Shown: positions 10,135-19,130, counted from the stretch's first letter. The stretch: 64,000 nt of DNA from Candidatus Micrarchaeota archaeon (GCA_021792395.1 JAJYUR010000002.1:5592-69591); one strand, 5' to 3'. Translations and numbers: made by a program. The notes: generated by a model not told the origin, from the sequence alone.

Positions 10135-10474
10135 TTATCAATTTGTATCCGAATATTGCAAAACATGTTGCAAGTGCTATTAGCGCTATTACATACAAAC
10201 CTGAGAGTTTTCCTGCATAAGATGAATACGCAGACCATAATATGGCGAAAACTGCAATAAGTTCAAATGGCAGAAATATAATGAAGTATGGGAAGTACTC
10301 TGCATCTATATCCCTGCTCTTGCCTATAGTCTCCTCTCCGCTTTCATATGGTGAATTTTTTACAGGATTGCCTGCATACCTTTTACGCAACATCCTTGAT
10401 GAAAATAAAAATGAGGCTGGAATAAATATAGAAAAGAGCGTGAAGAATATAAAAGCCATCGCTTCAAACTGCAT
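10112..10474 (-). CDS. nuoA: NADH-quinone oxidoreductase subunit A
   Basis: 120-aa protein with 3 TM helices, containing SPYESGEE and FIIFLPFELIAV. It is first in the nuoA-B-C-D order. Confidence 0.8.
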   Translation of the reverse strand: MQFEAMAFIFFTLFSIFIPASFLFSSRMLRKRYAGNPVKNSPYESGEETIGKSRDIDAEYFPYFIIFLPFELIAVFAILWSAYSSYAGKLSGLYVIALIALATCFAIFGYKLINDNHAGK

Positions 10475-10618
10475 AATCCCACACCATTACATAGTATTTA
10501 ATTATTTTATAGGCTTCCTTATTGTTGGTTTAATTGTTTCCGCTTGCAAATTTGTAAACTACACACATGTATGTAGCGTTATTTAATGCACATATCGTTT
10601 AATCCTGGTTTTGTAGGG

Positions 10619-10939
10619 CTATCTTAGTGCTTGAAGCAACTCTAGGGCTTCTACCTTATCGTGCGGAGATGCCTTGACCTTCTTGATTTTTCCACATTTA
10701 GTGCATTTGTATGTTATTGTATAGGTTCCCCTTCTGTCAGCTATTGCAGAAACGGGCTTCATCGTCCCAAGGCACTCATTAGCGCGGTCGCCAGGGTTGA
10801 TGTCTACATGCATGCTCCATAGGCATATTGGGCAATGGTCGGTATAGCCATTACCTTTGATTATTGCACCGCAGTTGCTACAACGGAAGTCTTCTGTTTT
10901 CCTGATAAACCGCGGACCTGCGTTTTTATCTCCTTTCAT
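10619..10939 (-). CDS. RNHCP-domain zinc-ribbon protein
   Basis: FRCSNCGA...GYTDHCPICLWSMHVD...YKCTKCGK, consistent with the RNHCP domain signature. Confidence 0.5.
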   Translation of the reverse strand: MKGDKNAGPRFIRKTEDFRCSNCGAIIKGNGYTDHCPICLWSMHVDINPGDRANECLGTMKPVSAIADRRGTYTITYKCTKCGKIKKVKASPHDKVEALELLQALR

Positions 10940-10987
10940 GCTCTCAACAGATTAGATTTTTAATGATGCAATTATATAACTATAAAT

Positions 10988-11782
10988 ATGCCGTTTATAG
11001 CATATTCCAAAATAGACCCCACGTCAATGGAAACAGCTGATTTTATACGCAATGAATTCGGATTTGAATATAAAGGAGAGCTTAACGGATTCGAACATTA
11101 CAGATTTGAAAATATAGATATGGTAGGGATTGATTCTGCACTCATCGAAGCCGATTTTCTAGATGCACAACTCGATACTGATTTGATAATATTCCTGAGC
11201 ATGCATAAGAGCAGCGCAGGTATAAAATCGTTAACAGTACATTCAGAGGGCAATTGGTCAAATGAGAGTAAATTAGGAGGGCATCCAAGAGAACTGAGTT
11301 TTGCAGCTCCGTTGGAAATGTCCTTTATATTGAAACACATGAGCCTGCTCCCACATGATGGCATAGATGTGGTGTATGAAGCCACGCACCATGGACCTTT
11401 TTTAAGGACGCCGTCGCTTTTTGCAGAATTTGGGGGGAGCGGATTGTTTGAAAAGGAGGGCTCTGCGACGGTGGCAAAAGCCGTAATGGGTTACCTTTTA
11501 GATAAAAATGGCAATAAAAATTTTGATAAGATAGCGATAGGTATAGGGGGCGGACATTATTCGCAAAGGTTCACAAAACTCGCGCTTGAAGGGAAATATG
11601 CATTTTCACATATAATGCCAAAATACTTCCTGGATGAATATGAGATGCTTGGACAGGCGTCGGTACGTTCGAACAGGGCGCCAGAAATTGCAGTAATGGA
11701 ATGGAAGAGTATAAATAAGGAGGTTAGGGATAGGATAATTAGCAGGTTGAATGATATAGGTATGGATTATGCGAGAATATAG
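10988..11782 (+). CDS. dtdA: D-aminoacyl-tRNA deacylase, archaeal type (DTD2)
   Basis: SMHKS, VHSEGNW, YEATHHGP, GIGGGHY and HIMPKY match the archaeal DtdA family pattern. Confidence 0.75.
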   Translation: MPFIAYSKIDPTSMETADFIRNEFGFEYKGELNGFEHYRFENIDMVGIDSALIEADFLDAQLDTDLIIFLSMHKSSAGIKSLTVHSEGNWSNESKLGGHPRELSFAAPLEMSFILKHMSLLPHDGIDVVYEATHHGPFLRTPSLFAEFGGSGLFEKEGSATVAKAVMGYLLDKNGNKNFDKIAIGIGGGHYSQRFTKLALEGKYAFSHIMPKYFLDEYEMLGQASVRSNRAPEIAVMEWKSINKEVRDRIISRLNDIGMDYARI

Positions 11783-13769
11783 AATTGCCTTTAATACACT
11801 TTTCGCTGCAATTTTGATTTTTTACTTTGCGGCTAATATAGCTTCCGCACAGTACTGGTTCCAGACAGGGGTTAGAGGATCAGACAATGCATCGTTCAAC
11901 TCAGGGGCAAGCGTACTTATACAGACAGTAAAACCGCAAAATATCAGTTACGGATCGTTCGGATATTGGATAGGGGAGAACCTTAATAACGGGGCATTCC
12001 TGCAGGTAGGATATATAATAAATAATCAGAGCGGGTATTATCCGACCAATTGCACAGTGTCGCTTGGGTGCACTGGCAACATATATATACAAAAGGGCCA
12101 ACCTTCGTGGTTTTGGGAATATTTCCCTGCAAATTACAACGGCAATAAGTTTTATGGTATGCTCGGAGGTAATGATACTGCTGGCGCCAACGGTTCGTTC
12201 AATGATTACTCGTTCATAGCAGATGGAAACACATGGAATATATATATGAACGAAGTTCCCATAGGAAGCGTTAACCTTGGAACTTCATCTTCTGGTGCAA
12301 ACCCGCCAACTGCATTTTCGGAATATGCAGATGGTGAAAACAATAGCGTATTCATGCCAACAGTCAGGTTCAGGAACCTGATGTTTTATAAGGGTGGAAA
12401 ATTTTATTTGGTGCCAGAAGGGTATGCATACACGGGTTATGGAAAGGGAAGCGAGACCTCGCTTAGCAATAATTATGGTGTAAATGAGATAGGCAATTTT
12501 GTTGACTATTTTGAGACAGGCTCAGATGTGCCCTCTGTCCCGAGCCTTACACCTTTATGGCAGATAGGCTACAGCATTAAGGTCGTATCGGATTATGGAA
12601 ATATAAGTCGTTATAGCAACTATTCAGCATACGCAACAACAGGCATAAGCGCTCCGGAATATGTAAACATATCTAACGGGGTTAGAGAAAAATTTGCTGG
12701 ATGGAAGGGCATTGGCGATGGGTCGTACACAGGATATTCTAGGTCTGCATCTATCAGCATGGATAGCAATATAACAGAAACTGCATCTTGGACCAGACAG
12801 TATTATGTCAACGCAACTACACCATATGGAAGCGTGAATGGAAGCGGATGGTATGACGCAAATAGCACTGCATACTTGAGCTTAAAAAGCAGTTCAATAT
12901 ATGTGGGTTATGGTTCAAGGGAGGAATTTGTGAATTGGAGCAATGGCATGGATAGCCCAATATCCACTTTAGTTGTAGACGGCCCAAAGGCCATAGCCGC
13001 AAACTGGGCACTGCAGTATTATATCAATGCAACTACGCCGTATGGAAGCGTGAATGGAAGCGGATGGTATGATGATGGAGCCAATGCAATAGTTTCTTTG
13101 AGCAAAAGCTACATACAGGAGAACAGCACTTTTAGGACTGCGTTTTCGGAATGGAGCAATGGAAATTCCAGTGCAGCATTTAATTTTACCGTAAACAGAA
13201 GCATAGACCTTGAAGCAGAATTCGTGTTGGAGAGGCAGGTAGGCTTAATGTGGGAGGATGCTTATGGGAATCCAATAAACGTGAGTTATTTTTACATAAA
13301 CGGGCATAAGTATGCAGGCGACTATGCATATCTCTACATTAATAACAGCAATATAGTATCTGGAGCAATGTACAAAGGAGCTTATTTAAGCTACAATAAA
13401 AGCGTTGAGATAACTTACAACACTGCGTCCGCGGCGATTAAACTGCCTGTATTCAATGCTGCAATATTAACACGAAGCTTTTTCGGTACCCCAGTGGATG
13501 CTAACTTGTCACTTTCATTTTATAACGGAACAACCTATAATACAACATCTGGAAGCAGTGGAACTTTTACTATGCATGACATCCCATATGGGGAGGTATA
13601 CGGAAGCGCAAAATTCTTCGGAACCACGCAAAGCATAAATATTTCAGGCGGGCAGGATGTTTATCTTGATTTCTTCACTCCCAGCTTAATTGCAGTGATA
13701 ATATTAGGCGTTATATTGATAATAGCTGCTGGAATTTTTGGGAAGGCCCGCAATTTCCAAAAAAAATAA
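11769..13769 (+). CDS. secreted/cell-surface protein with tandem GWY beta-repeat domains and a C-terminal TM anchor
   Basis: N-terminal hydrophobic signal-like segment (AAILIFYFAANIASAQ) and C-terminal TM helix (LIAVIILGVILIIAAGIF) followed by basic residues. Contains many N-x-S/T sequons and three tandem ~72-aa repeats, each with GSVNGSGWY...W(S)NG. Confidence 0.7.
   Translation: MREYRIAFNTLFAAILIFYFAANIASAQYWFQTGVRGSDNASFNSGASVLIQTVKPQNISYGSFGYWIGENLNNGAFLQVGYIINNQSGYYPTNCTVSLGCTGNIYIQKGQPSWFWEYFPANYNGNKFYGMLGGNDTAGANGSFNDYSFIADGNTWNIYMNEVPIGSVNLGTSSSGANPPTAFSEYADGENNSVFMPTVRFRNLMFYKGGKFYLVPEGYAYTGYGKGSETSLSNNYGVNEIGNFVDYFETGSDVPSVPSLTPLWQIGYSIKVVSDYGNISRYSNYSAYATTGISAPEYVNISNGVREKFAGWKGIGDGSYTGYSRSASISMDSNITETASWTRQYYVNATTPYGSVNGSGWYDANSTAYLSLKSSSIYVGYGSREEFVNWSNGMDSPISTLVVDGPKAIAANWALQYYINATTPYGSVNGSGWYDDGANAIVSLSKSYIQENSTFRTAFSEWSNGNSSAAFNFTVNRSIDLEAEFVLERQVGLMWEDAYGNPINVSYFYINGHKYAGDYAYLYINNSNIVSGAMYKGAYLSYNKSVEITYNTASAAIKLPVFNAAILTRSFFGTPVDANLSLSFYNGTTYNTTSGSSGTFTMHDIPYGEVYGSAKFFGTTQSINISGGQDVYLDFFTPSLIAVIILGVILIIAAGIFGKARNFQKK
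12825..13072 (+). repeat. intragenic direct repeat with 216-bp period; identical 32-nt core
   Basis: tatggaagcgtgaatggaagcggatggtatga occurs at 12825-12856 and again at 13041-13072, with flanks similar at both nucleotide and protein level (QYYVNATTPYGSVNGSGWYD / QYYINATTPYGSVNGSGWYD). Confidence 0.85.
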
Positions 13770-16536
13770 GGCGATCCTATTGAATTTATATGAGTCATTC
13801 TTAAGCCGCTATAAAGTGTTCACAGAGATACAAAAGTTAGCCATTCCGATTATCGAAAATGGAAGCAACTGCATCATAATAGCACCTACAGGCAGTGGAA
13901 AGACTGAAGCGGCTGTTTTGCCTGCACTGAAAAAGGTTATAGACAGTGGAACCGTCAACGGGATTTCGTTATTATACATAACCCCGTTAAGGGCACTCAA
14001 TAGGGATATGATAAAGAGGCTTGAAGAATTCTGCAACAGCATAGGCATAAGCATTGCAGTAAGGCACGGGGATACAAAACAGAGCGAAAGGTCAAGGCAG
14101 GCTAAAAAAGCACCGCAGATGCTTATAACAACACCAGAGACATTGCAAAGCATACTTCCAACAAAATATCTTGGCAGTGCACTGAAAAATGTTAAAGTCG
14201 TAATTATCGATGAGATACATGAACTTTACTTCAACAAAAGGGGCGCACAGCTCTCAATAGCACTGGAAAGGCTAGAGGAACTTGCACCTAATTTTCAAAG
14301 GATAGGTATAAGTGCGACTGTAGGCAACAGCAAGGTTGTAGGCGAATATCTATCTGGGGATAGGCGCTTTGAGGTTGCAGAAATAAAAAAAGTGAAGGAC
14401 ATAAAGCTCAGCATAAGGTTACCAATGCATTACGACAAGGCTTTAGCACACCTTGGCGAAAAATTCGGCTTGGATTCTGCATCCCTTTCGCGATTGGATG
14501 CGATTGCTGGAGAGATACGCGGGGCTAAATCCGTCCTTATATTCTGCAATACACGACAGATTGTAGAAGCTTTGGGAAGCAGGTTGATATACCTGAACAG
14601 TACTGTGCCGTTCGGAGGCATAGGCGTACACCACAGCTCACTAGATAAAAGCGAAAGGATACATATAGAGGATGCTTTCAAAGATGGTGCCCTGAAAAGT
14701 ATAATAGCAACCAGCTCCCTCGAACTTGGCATAGATATAGGAAGCATAGATCTGGTTATACAATATGGATCGCCGAGGCAGGCGCTTAGGTTGGCGCAAA
14801 GAATAGGAAGAAGCGGGCATGCAGTCAGCAGGAGCGCTAATGGATCGGTTATAGCATTGAATGCTGTAGATGCTATAGAAACTGCTGCGGTATACCGCAA
14901 TGTAATGCACGGCAGCATAGAAGTATTCAATATGCAGGTTGGCGCGCTTGACGTATTGGCAAACCAGATATGCGGCATTGCGCTGGACAAGGGTGCCATT
15001 GGATTGGACGAATTAGGCGCAATAATTGGCAGGTCAAAGGTATATTCAGGGTTGGAACGCAGCGTATTGAAATCGCTGGTAGAATTCATGGGAAAGCAGC
15101 ATATGATAGGTTTTGATGGAAATGTGGTTTCTTCAGGAGGCAGGACTAGGATGTATTACTACGACCATTTGAGCGTATTGCCGGACTCCAAGCGATTCTT
15201 AGTGAAAAGCATCATAAACAATAAGATAATATCCACGCTGGACGACAGATTTGTAGCTAATAATATAGATGAAAATTCTGTTTTCATAACAAAAGGGCTG
15301 CCATGGAAGGTAGTGAGCATTGATTCGGATGCAATAATGGTAGAGCCTAGCACAGACCTTGAAGCGGCAGTTCCGGATTGGAGCGGAGAGGATATACCGG
15401 TAAGCCGCAGCGTTGCAAAGTCATTCATAGATATATTGAATGCCCCAGAAAGCATAGATACTGGGCTTTTTAGAAGTGAGGAATATCGTGCAATCATGGA
15501 ATTTATAGATAAACAAAAACAGTTCAGCATGATGGGCGAAGGATTGCTGCCCATAGAGTCTTATCAGGAATACAAAGTCATGTACACTGGTTTAGGTACC
15601 TTGGCCAACGAAGCAATCTCAAGGATGTTAGGAAACCTTATTTCCCTAAAGATGGGCAGGAGCATCAACATAAAGGCATCTCCTTATATGGTCTTCATAG
15701 AGGTACCAAAGAGCATTGACCTTAAATCCATTATGCTTTCTATAAACCCTTCATTGTTTGAAGATTCGCTGAGGAATGCCGTACAGGACACGGAGCTTTT
15801 CGTTTACAAATTCATGGCTATAGCAAAAGTTTTCGGGATAGTAGACCGCGATGCGGTAGTATCTAAGTCAATGTCAAGGAGATTGATAAGGTTATTCAAG
15901 GATTCGCCCCCTTATGCCGAGACGCTAAGGGAGTTGATGAAAAATTATTTTGACGTAGATAGTGTAAAGGGATTCTTGCGTGACTTAAATTCGGGCAGGT
16001 CAAGATTGGTGCAGGTAGACCTTGACAAGATGTCTCCGCTAACATCAACCATACTTAATTCTGCATATTATACCAAGGAGCTTATAGTGCCCCTTACACC
16101 GAGCAATGAATTGCTCAATTCGTTTGTGGAATTCATGATGTCAAAGGAGATAAAATTAATATGCACGTATTGCGGCTTTAGATTTACCAGAAGCATAAAG
16201 GACCTTGGGGCTGATGGGCAGGTTTTGTGCCCCAGTTGCGGAAGCCCCATGATAGCGATAGAAAAGGCAGGTTACGAAAAGATAATAAAGAAGAGGGCCA
16301 AAGGCGCAAAGCTCGGTTCTAATGAGAAGGCGGAACTGGATAAGATGCTTAAAGAAGCCAATATGATAAAATCATACGGGCAGAGAGGCATAATAGCCCT
16401 CTCGACGTATGGCATTGGGCCAAAATCTGCAGCAAGGGCTCTTATGATGCTTAAACCAGATAATAGGCTCTTTTATATGGATATTATAGAAAGCCAAAAG
16501 CAGTTCATAAAAAATAAAAAATATTGGAGATTGTAG
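13738..16536 (+). CDS. lhr: Lhr-type ATP-dependent DEAD/DEAH-box helicase
   Basis: APTGSGKTEAA, VIIDEIHE, SAT, helicase C motifs (ATSSLELGIDIG, QRIGRSGH), a long C-terminal domain and a Cys4 ribbon (CTYCG...CPSCG). There is no in-frame ATG near the N-terminus; the TTG at 13738 overlaps the preceding CDS. Confidence 0.85.
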   Translation: MGRPAISKKNKAILLNLYESFLSRYKVFTEIQKLAIPIIENGSNCIIIAPTGSGKTEAAVLPALKKVIDSGTVNGISLLYITPLRALNRDMIKRLEEFCNSIGISIAVRHGDTKQSERSRQAKKAPQMLITTPETLQSILPTKYLGSALKNVKVVIIDEIHELYFNKRGAQLSIALERLEELAPNFQRIGISATVGNSKVVGEYLSGDRRFEVAEIKKVKDIKLSIRLPMHYDKALAHLGEKFGLDSASLSRLDAIAGEIRGAKSVLIFCNTRQIVEALGSRLIYLNSTVPFGGIGVHHSSLDKSERIHIEDAFKDGALKSIIATSSLELGIDIGSIDLVIQYGSPRQALRLAQRIGRSGHAVSRSANGSVIALNAVDAIETAAVYRNVMHGSIEVFNMQVGALDVLANQICGIALDKGAIGLDELGAIIGRSKVYSGLERSVLKSLVEFMGKQHMIGFDGNVVSSGGRTRMYYYDHLSVLPDSKRFLVKSIINNKIISTLDDRFVANNIDENSVFITKGLPWKVVSIDSDAIMVEPSTDLEAAVPDWSGEDIPVSRSVAKSFIDILNAPESIDTGLFRSEEYRAIMEFIDKQKQFSMMGEGLLPIESYQEYKVMYTGLGTLANEAISRMLGNLISLKMGRSINIKASPYMVFIEVPKSIDLKSIMLSINPSLFEDSLRNAVQDTELFVYKFMAIAKVFGIVDRDAVVSKSMSRRLIRLFKDSPPYAETLRELMKNYFDVDSVKGFLRDLNSGRSRLVQVDLDKMSPLTSTILNSAYYTKELIVPLTPSNELLNSFVEFMMSKEIKLICTYCGFRFTRSIKDLGADGQVLCPSCGSPMIAIEKAGYEKIIKKRAKGAKLGSNEKAELDKMLKEANMIKSYGQRGIIALSTYGIGPKSAARALMMLKPDNRLFYMDIIESQKQFIKNKKYWRL

Positions 16537-16543
16537 TGGTATT

Positions 16544-17308
16544 ATGTTAAACTTGATAGGTGTTGGACTTTACAATGGTGACATATCTGTAAGAGCAGTA
16601 GATGCTGCAGCGGCAAGCGACTTTGTATTTGCAGATGCGTATACCAGCTTTATGGATAGTAATAGGATTGCATACCTATCAGCAACATTACATAAGAAGA
16701 TAGAGGTTTTGAGCAGGCAGGATATGGAGGAGGAGTCGGCAAAGCTGATTGATCTTTCAAGGAAGAGCGATGTCTCAATACTTTTCGGCGGTGATCCACT
16801 CATCGCCACGACACACAAAATATTATTTTCCCAGGCAAAAAAAGCCGGCGTCGATATACGCATTTTCCACTCCTCTTCAGTATTTTCTGCCGCAATAGGT
16901 GAATCGGGACTGGATTTCTATCGCTTTGGGGGCGTATGCACCATACCACGCTGGTATGACAATTATAAGCCCGTATCTTTTTACGAGACAATCGCGCGGA
17001 ATTTGAGGAATGAATTGCATAGCCTGGTACTTTTGGATTATGACCAAAAGTCAAACAGTTCAATAAGCATAGGAGAGGCAATGCACGTTCTTGATATGGC
17101 TGAAGCACATTATAGGCAAGGAGTAGTAAACAAGAACAAATATATTTTTATAATATCAGATATATCAATGGAGAGCCAGAAGGTAATATTTACGACGTTG
17201 GAAAAAGCAGCGACGCTAGATTTCAAGCCCAATGTATCTACAATTATAATACCTGCAAAAATGTCGGATATAGAAAACGAGGTTGCAGGCTTATTTAAGG
17301 AGCAGTGA
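16544..17308 (+). CDS. dph5: diphthine synthase
   Basis: MLNLIGVGLYNGDISVRAV...FADAYTS...GDPLIATTH, a tetrapyrrole-methylase-fold Dph5 signature. Confidence 0.85.
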   Translation: MLNLIGVGLYNGDISVRAVDAAAASDFVFADAYTSFMDSNRIAYLSATLHKKIEVLSRQDMEEESAKLIDLSRKSDVSILFGGDPLIATTHKILFSQAKKAGVDIRIFHSSSVFSAAIGESGLDFYRFGGVCTIPRWYDNYKPVSFYETIARNLRNELHSLVLLDYDQKSNSSISIGEAMHVLDMAEAHYRQGVVNKNKYIFIISDISMESQKVIFTTLEKAATLDFKPNVSTIIIPAKMSDIENEVAGLFKEQ

Positions 17309-17314
17309 ATAACC

Positions 17315-18481
17315 ATGACCTTAACAATAATTTATGACCGCAAGAGCCGATCACTTTTTGCGCAGGATCAGTCCACCATAGACATACTTAAAAATGGAAA
17401 TTTTGGCGTCTACAAGGGTGGGGTTCTGATGCTTTCAAAAGAGGAGGCTTTATACTTGATGGATGTGAGGAAGGCAGTATGCAACAACTCCGATGGGGGA
17501 ATTGCTATGTCGTTCAATGACATAGCCAGTGAATTCATGAAAAGCAGGAAATTGATGGCCAGATATTTTACATTCAAGGACTGGAGGGATAGGGGATTGG
17601 TAATAAAACCATTCAGTGAAAAAGAGCCTTCGAGTGGAAAAAGCCCGTTAAAAAAATATCCTTCTGGAGGGACTAAACTCGAGAAAATTATCATCGACGG
17701 CACTTTTTTTGAAGAGGATATGACAACTATAGTTGATGACCCGGAGAAGGGGATGAAGATTTACATGGATAATTGGTTCGGCCAGTATGGCACATATAAA
17801 GCCAGCGACAGAGGCACCTTGAACAAATTAGACGTATATGAAACGCTTTTCTTGGTTGACGAGGGCATATTGAAAGTAAAGAACATGACAAGGAAAGGCA
17901 TAATGGATACTGCAATAAAACGCAGGTCCGATGCAGGGAAACTGTATGATGTTTACAAAGACTGGAGGAATAAAGGTTATGTTGTTAAAACCGGATTCAA
18001 GTTTGGTACACATTTCAGGATATATTTTCCAGGAGCAAGGCCTATAAAAAGCGATGCTAACTGGGTGCATTCAAAGCATGTGCTTCATGTATTCCCACGG
18101 GATGTCAAACTTTTAATATCCGAATGGGCTAGAGCTATAAGAGTAGCACATTCCGTTAGAAAAACATTCATATTAGCTATACCTGGAAAGAGCAGAAAGA
18201 AAAAAATCGGTATAGATTTTGTGTTATATCATAGGAATGGGGGCGCAATAGAAGTACCTGATAGCAATCCCGCAAGATACGGCATGCTTTCCTTAAGCGA
18301 GAACGAATATATTGGAGGAAGCGAGCTTTCCGCAGTAATAAACGAGGCTAAATCGCAAGGGCTTGAACTCGTTCTTGCGATAGCAGACCGGGAAACGTCG
18401 GTTACATATTATAAGATAAGGCGTGTGGATTTGCCGCGAAGCGAATATGAATATTACGAGATCGACTGGATGCAGCCATAA
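17315..18481 (+). CDS. endA: tRNA-splicing endonuclease, long three-part form
   Basis: YKDWRNKGYVVKTGFKFGTHFRIYFPG, HSKHVLHV and HSVRKTFILAI form the catalytic Tyr/His/Lys region. There is an extra N-terminal unit (FTFKDWRDRGLVIKPF) and an extra C-terminal unit. Total length is 388 aa. Confidence 0.8.
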   Translation: MTLTIIYDRKSRSLFAQDQSTIDILKNGNFGVYKGGVLMLSKEEALYLMDVRKAVCNNSDGGIAMSFNDIASEFMKSRKLMARYFTFKDWRDRGLVIKPFSEKEPSSGKSPLKKYPSGGTKLEKIIIDGTFFEEDMTTIVDDPEKGMKIYMDNWFGQYGTYKASDRGTLNKLDVYETLFLVDEGILKVKNMTRKGIMDTAIKRRSDAGKLYDVYKDWRNKGYVVKTGFKFGTHFRIYFPGARPIKSDANWVHSKHVLHVFPRDVKLLISEWARAIRVAHSVRKTFILAIPGKSRKKKIGIDFVLYHRNGGAIEVPDSNPARYGMLSLSENEYIGGSELSAVINEAKSQGLELVLAIADRETSVTYYKIRRVDLPRSEYEYYEIDWMQP

Positions 18482-18540
18482 TTTTTCGCACCATTAAAGG
18501 CGTACAAAAAAGATAAATAGATTGGTTTGCAAATAAGAGT

Positions 18541-19005
18541 GTGACCATGTTTATAAAAACGGCAACGCTATTGCCCTTATATGCAAACTTGGGGAGCGCC
18601 GTACTTGATATATCTAAACCCACTGATAGTGAACAAACCTTAGAGCTGCTGAGGGGCAATGAAGAACTTGTAGATATACCCATCGCATCGGGAATAAAAA
18701 TGTTAGATGTCGTAAATAAATTTTTTACTTCAGACATTAAGATTCAGGATGCTTTTTTTAATGTAAGGATAATTGACGGCAATATAAGTTTGGGCTATTT
18801 CAAAGCAGCTTATCCAGAGGATATGAGGAAATGCGCGGCAAACATGCTTCCTGACTTCCACTACGACCTAGTGGAACGGTCAATACGTTATTTGCGGCAG
18901 AATGCCGACGTAGTAGGTTTGTTGAGAGATTTTAAGACAGATTATAATTTGGACCGTTTCACGGTTACGTTATTCGGCAATCCTGTTCTGAAAAAACATA
19001 CTTGA
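18541..19005 (+). CDS. hypothetical protein
   Basis: 154-aa ORF (ATG at 18547) with no motif I recognise. It lies between endA and the intron-containing tRNA-Lys. Confidence 0.4.
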   Translation: MTMFIKTATLLPLYANLGSAVLDISKPTDSEQTLELLRGNEELVDIPIASGIKMLDVVNKFFTSDIKIQDAFFNVRIIDGNISLGYFKAAYPEDMRKCAANMLPDFHYDLVERSIRYLRQNADVVGLLRDFKTDYNLDRFTVTLFGNPVLKKHT

Positions 19006-19012
19006 TTTTATG

Positions 19013-19106
19013 CGGGTCCAGGGGGAATTTCATGCTGTTGAGCATTTTGAACCCCCGACCTACTGGTTAAGAGCCAGCCGCTCTGACCAAACTGAGCTAT
19101 GGACCC
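19013..19106 (-). tRNA. tRNA-Lys (anticodon CUU) with a 19-nt intron in the T-loop (59/60)
   Basis: Hand-folded cloverleaf: acceptor GGGTCCA/TGGACCC, D arm GCTC-AGTTTGGTCA-GAGC, anticodon arm GCTGG-CTCTTAA-CCAGT, T stem GGGGG/CCCCC. The intron at 19027..19045 is embedded in a canonical BHB motif, and removing it leaves the T loop TTCAAAT. Confidence 0.8.
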
Positions 19107-19130
19107 CGCAGAGATATTATTAGTAACACA

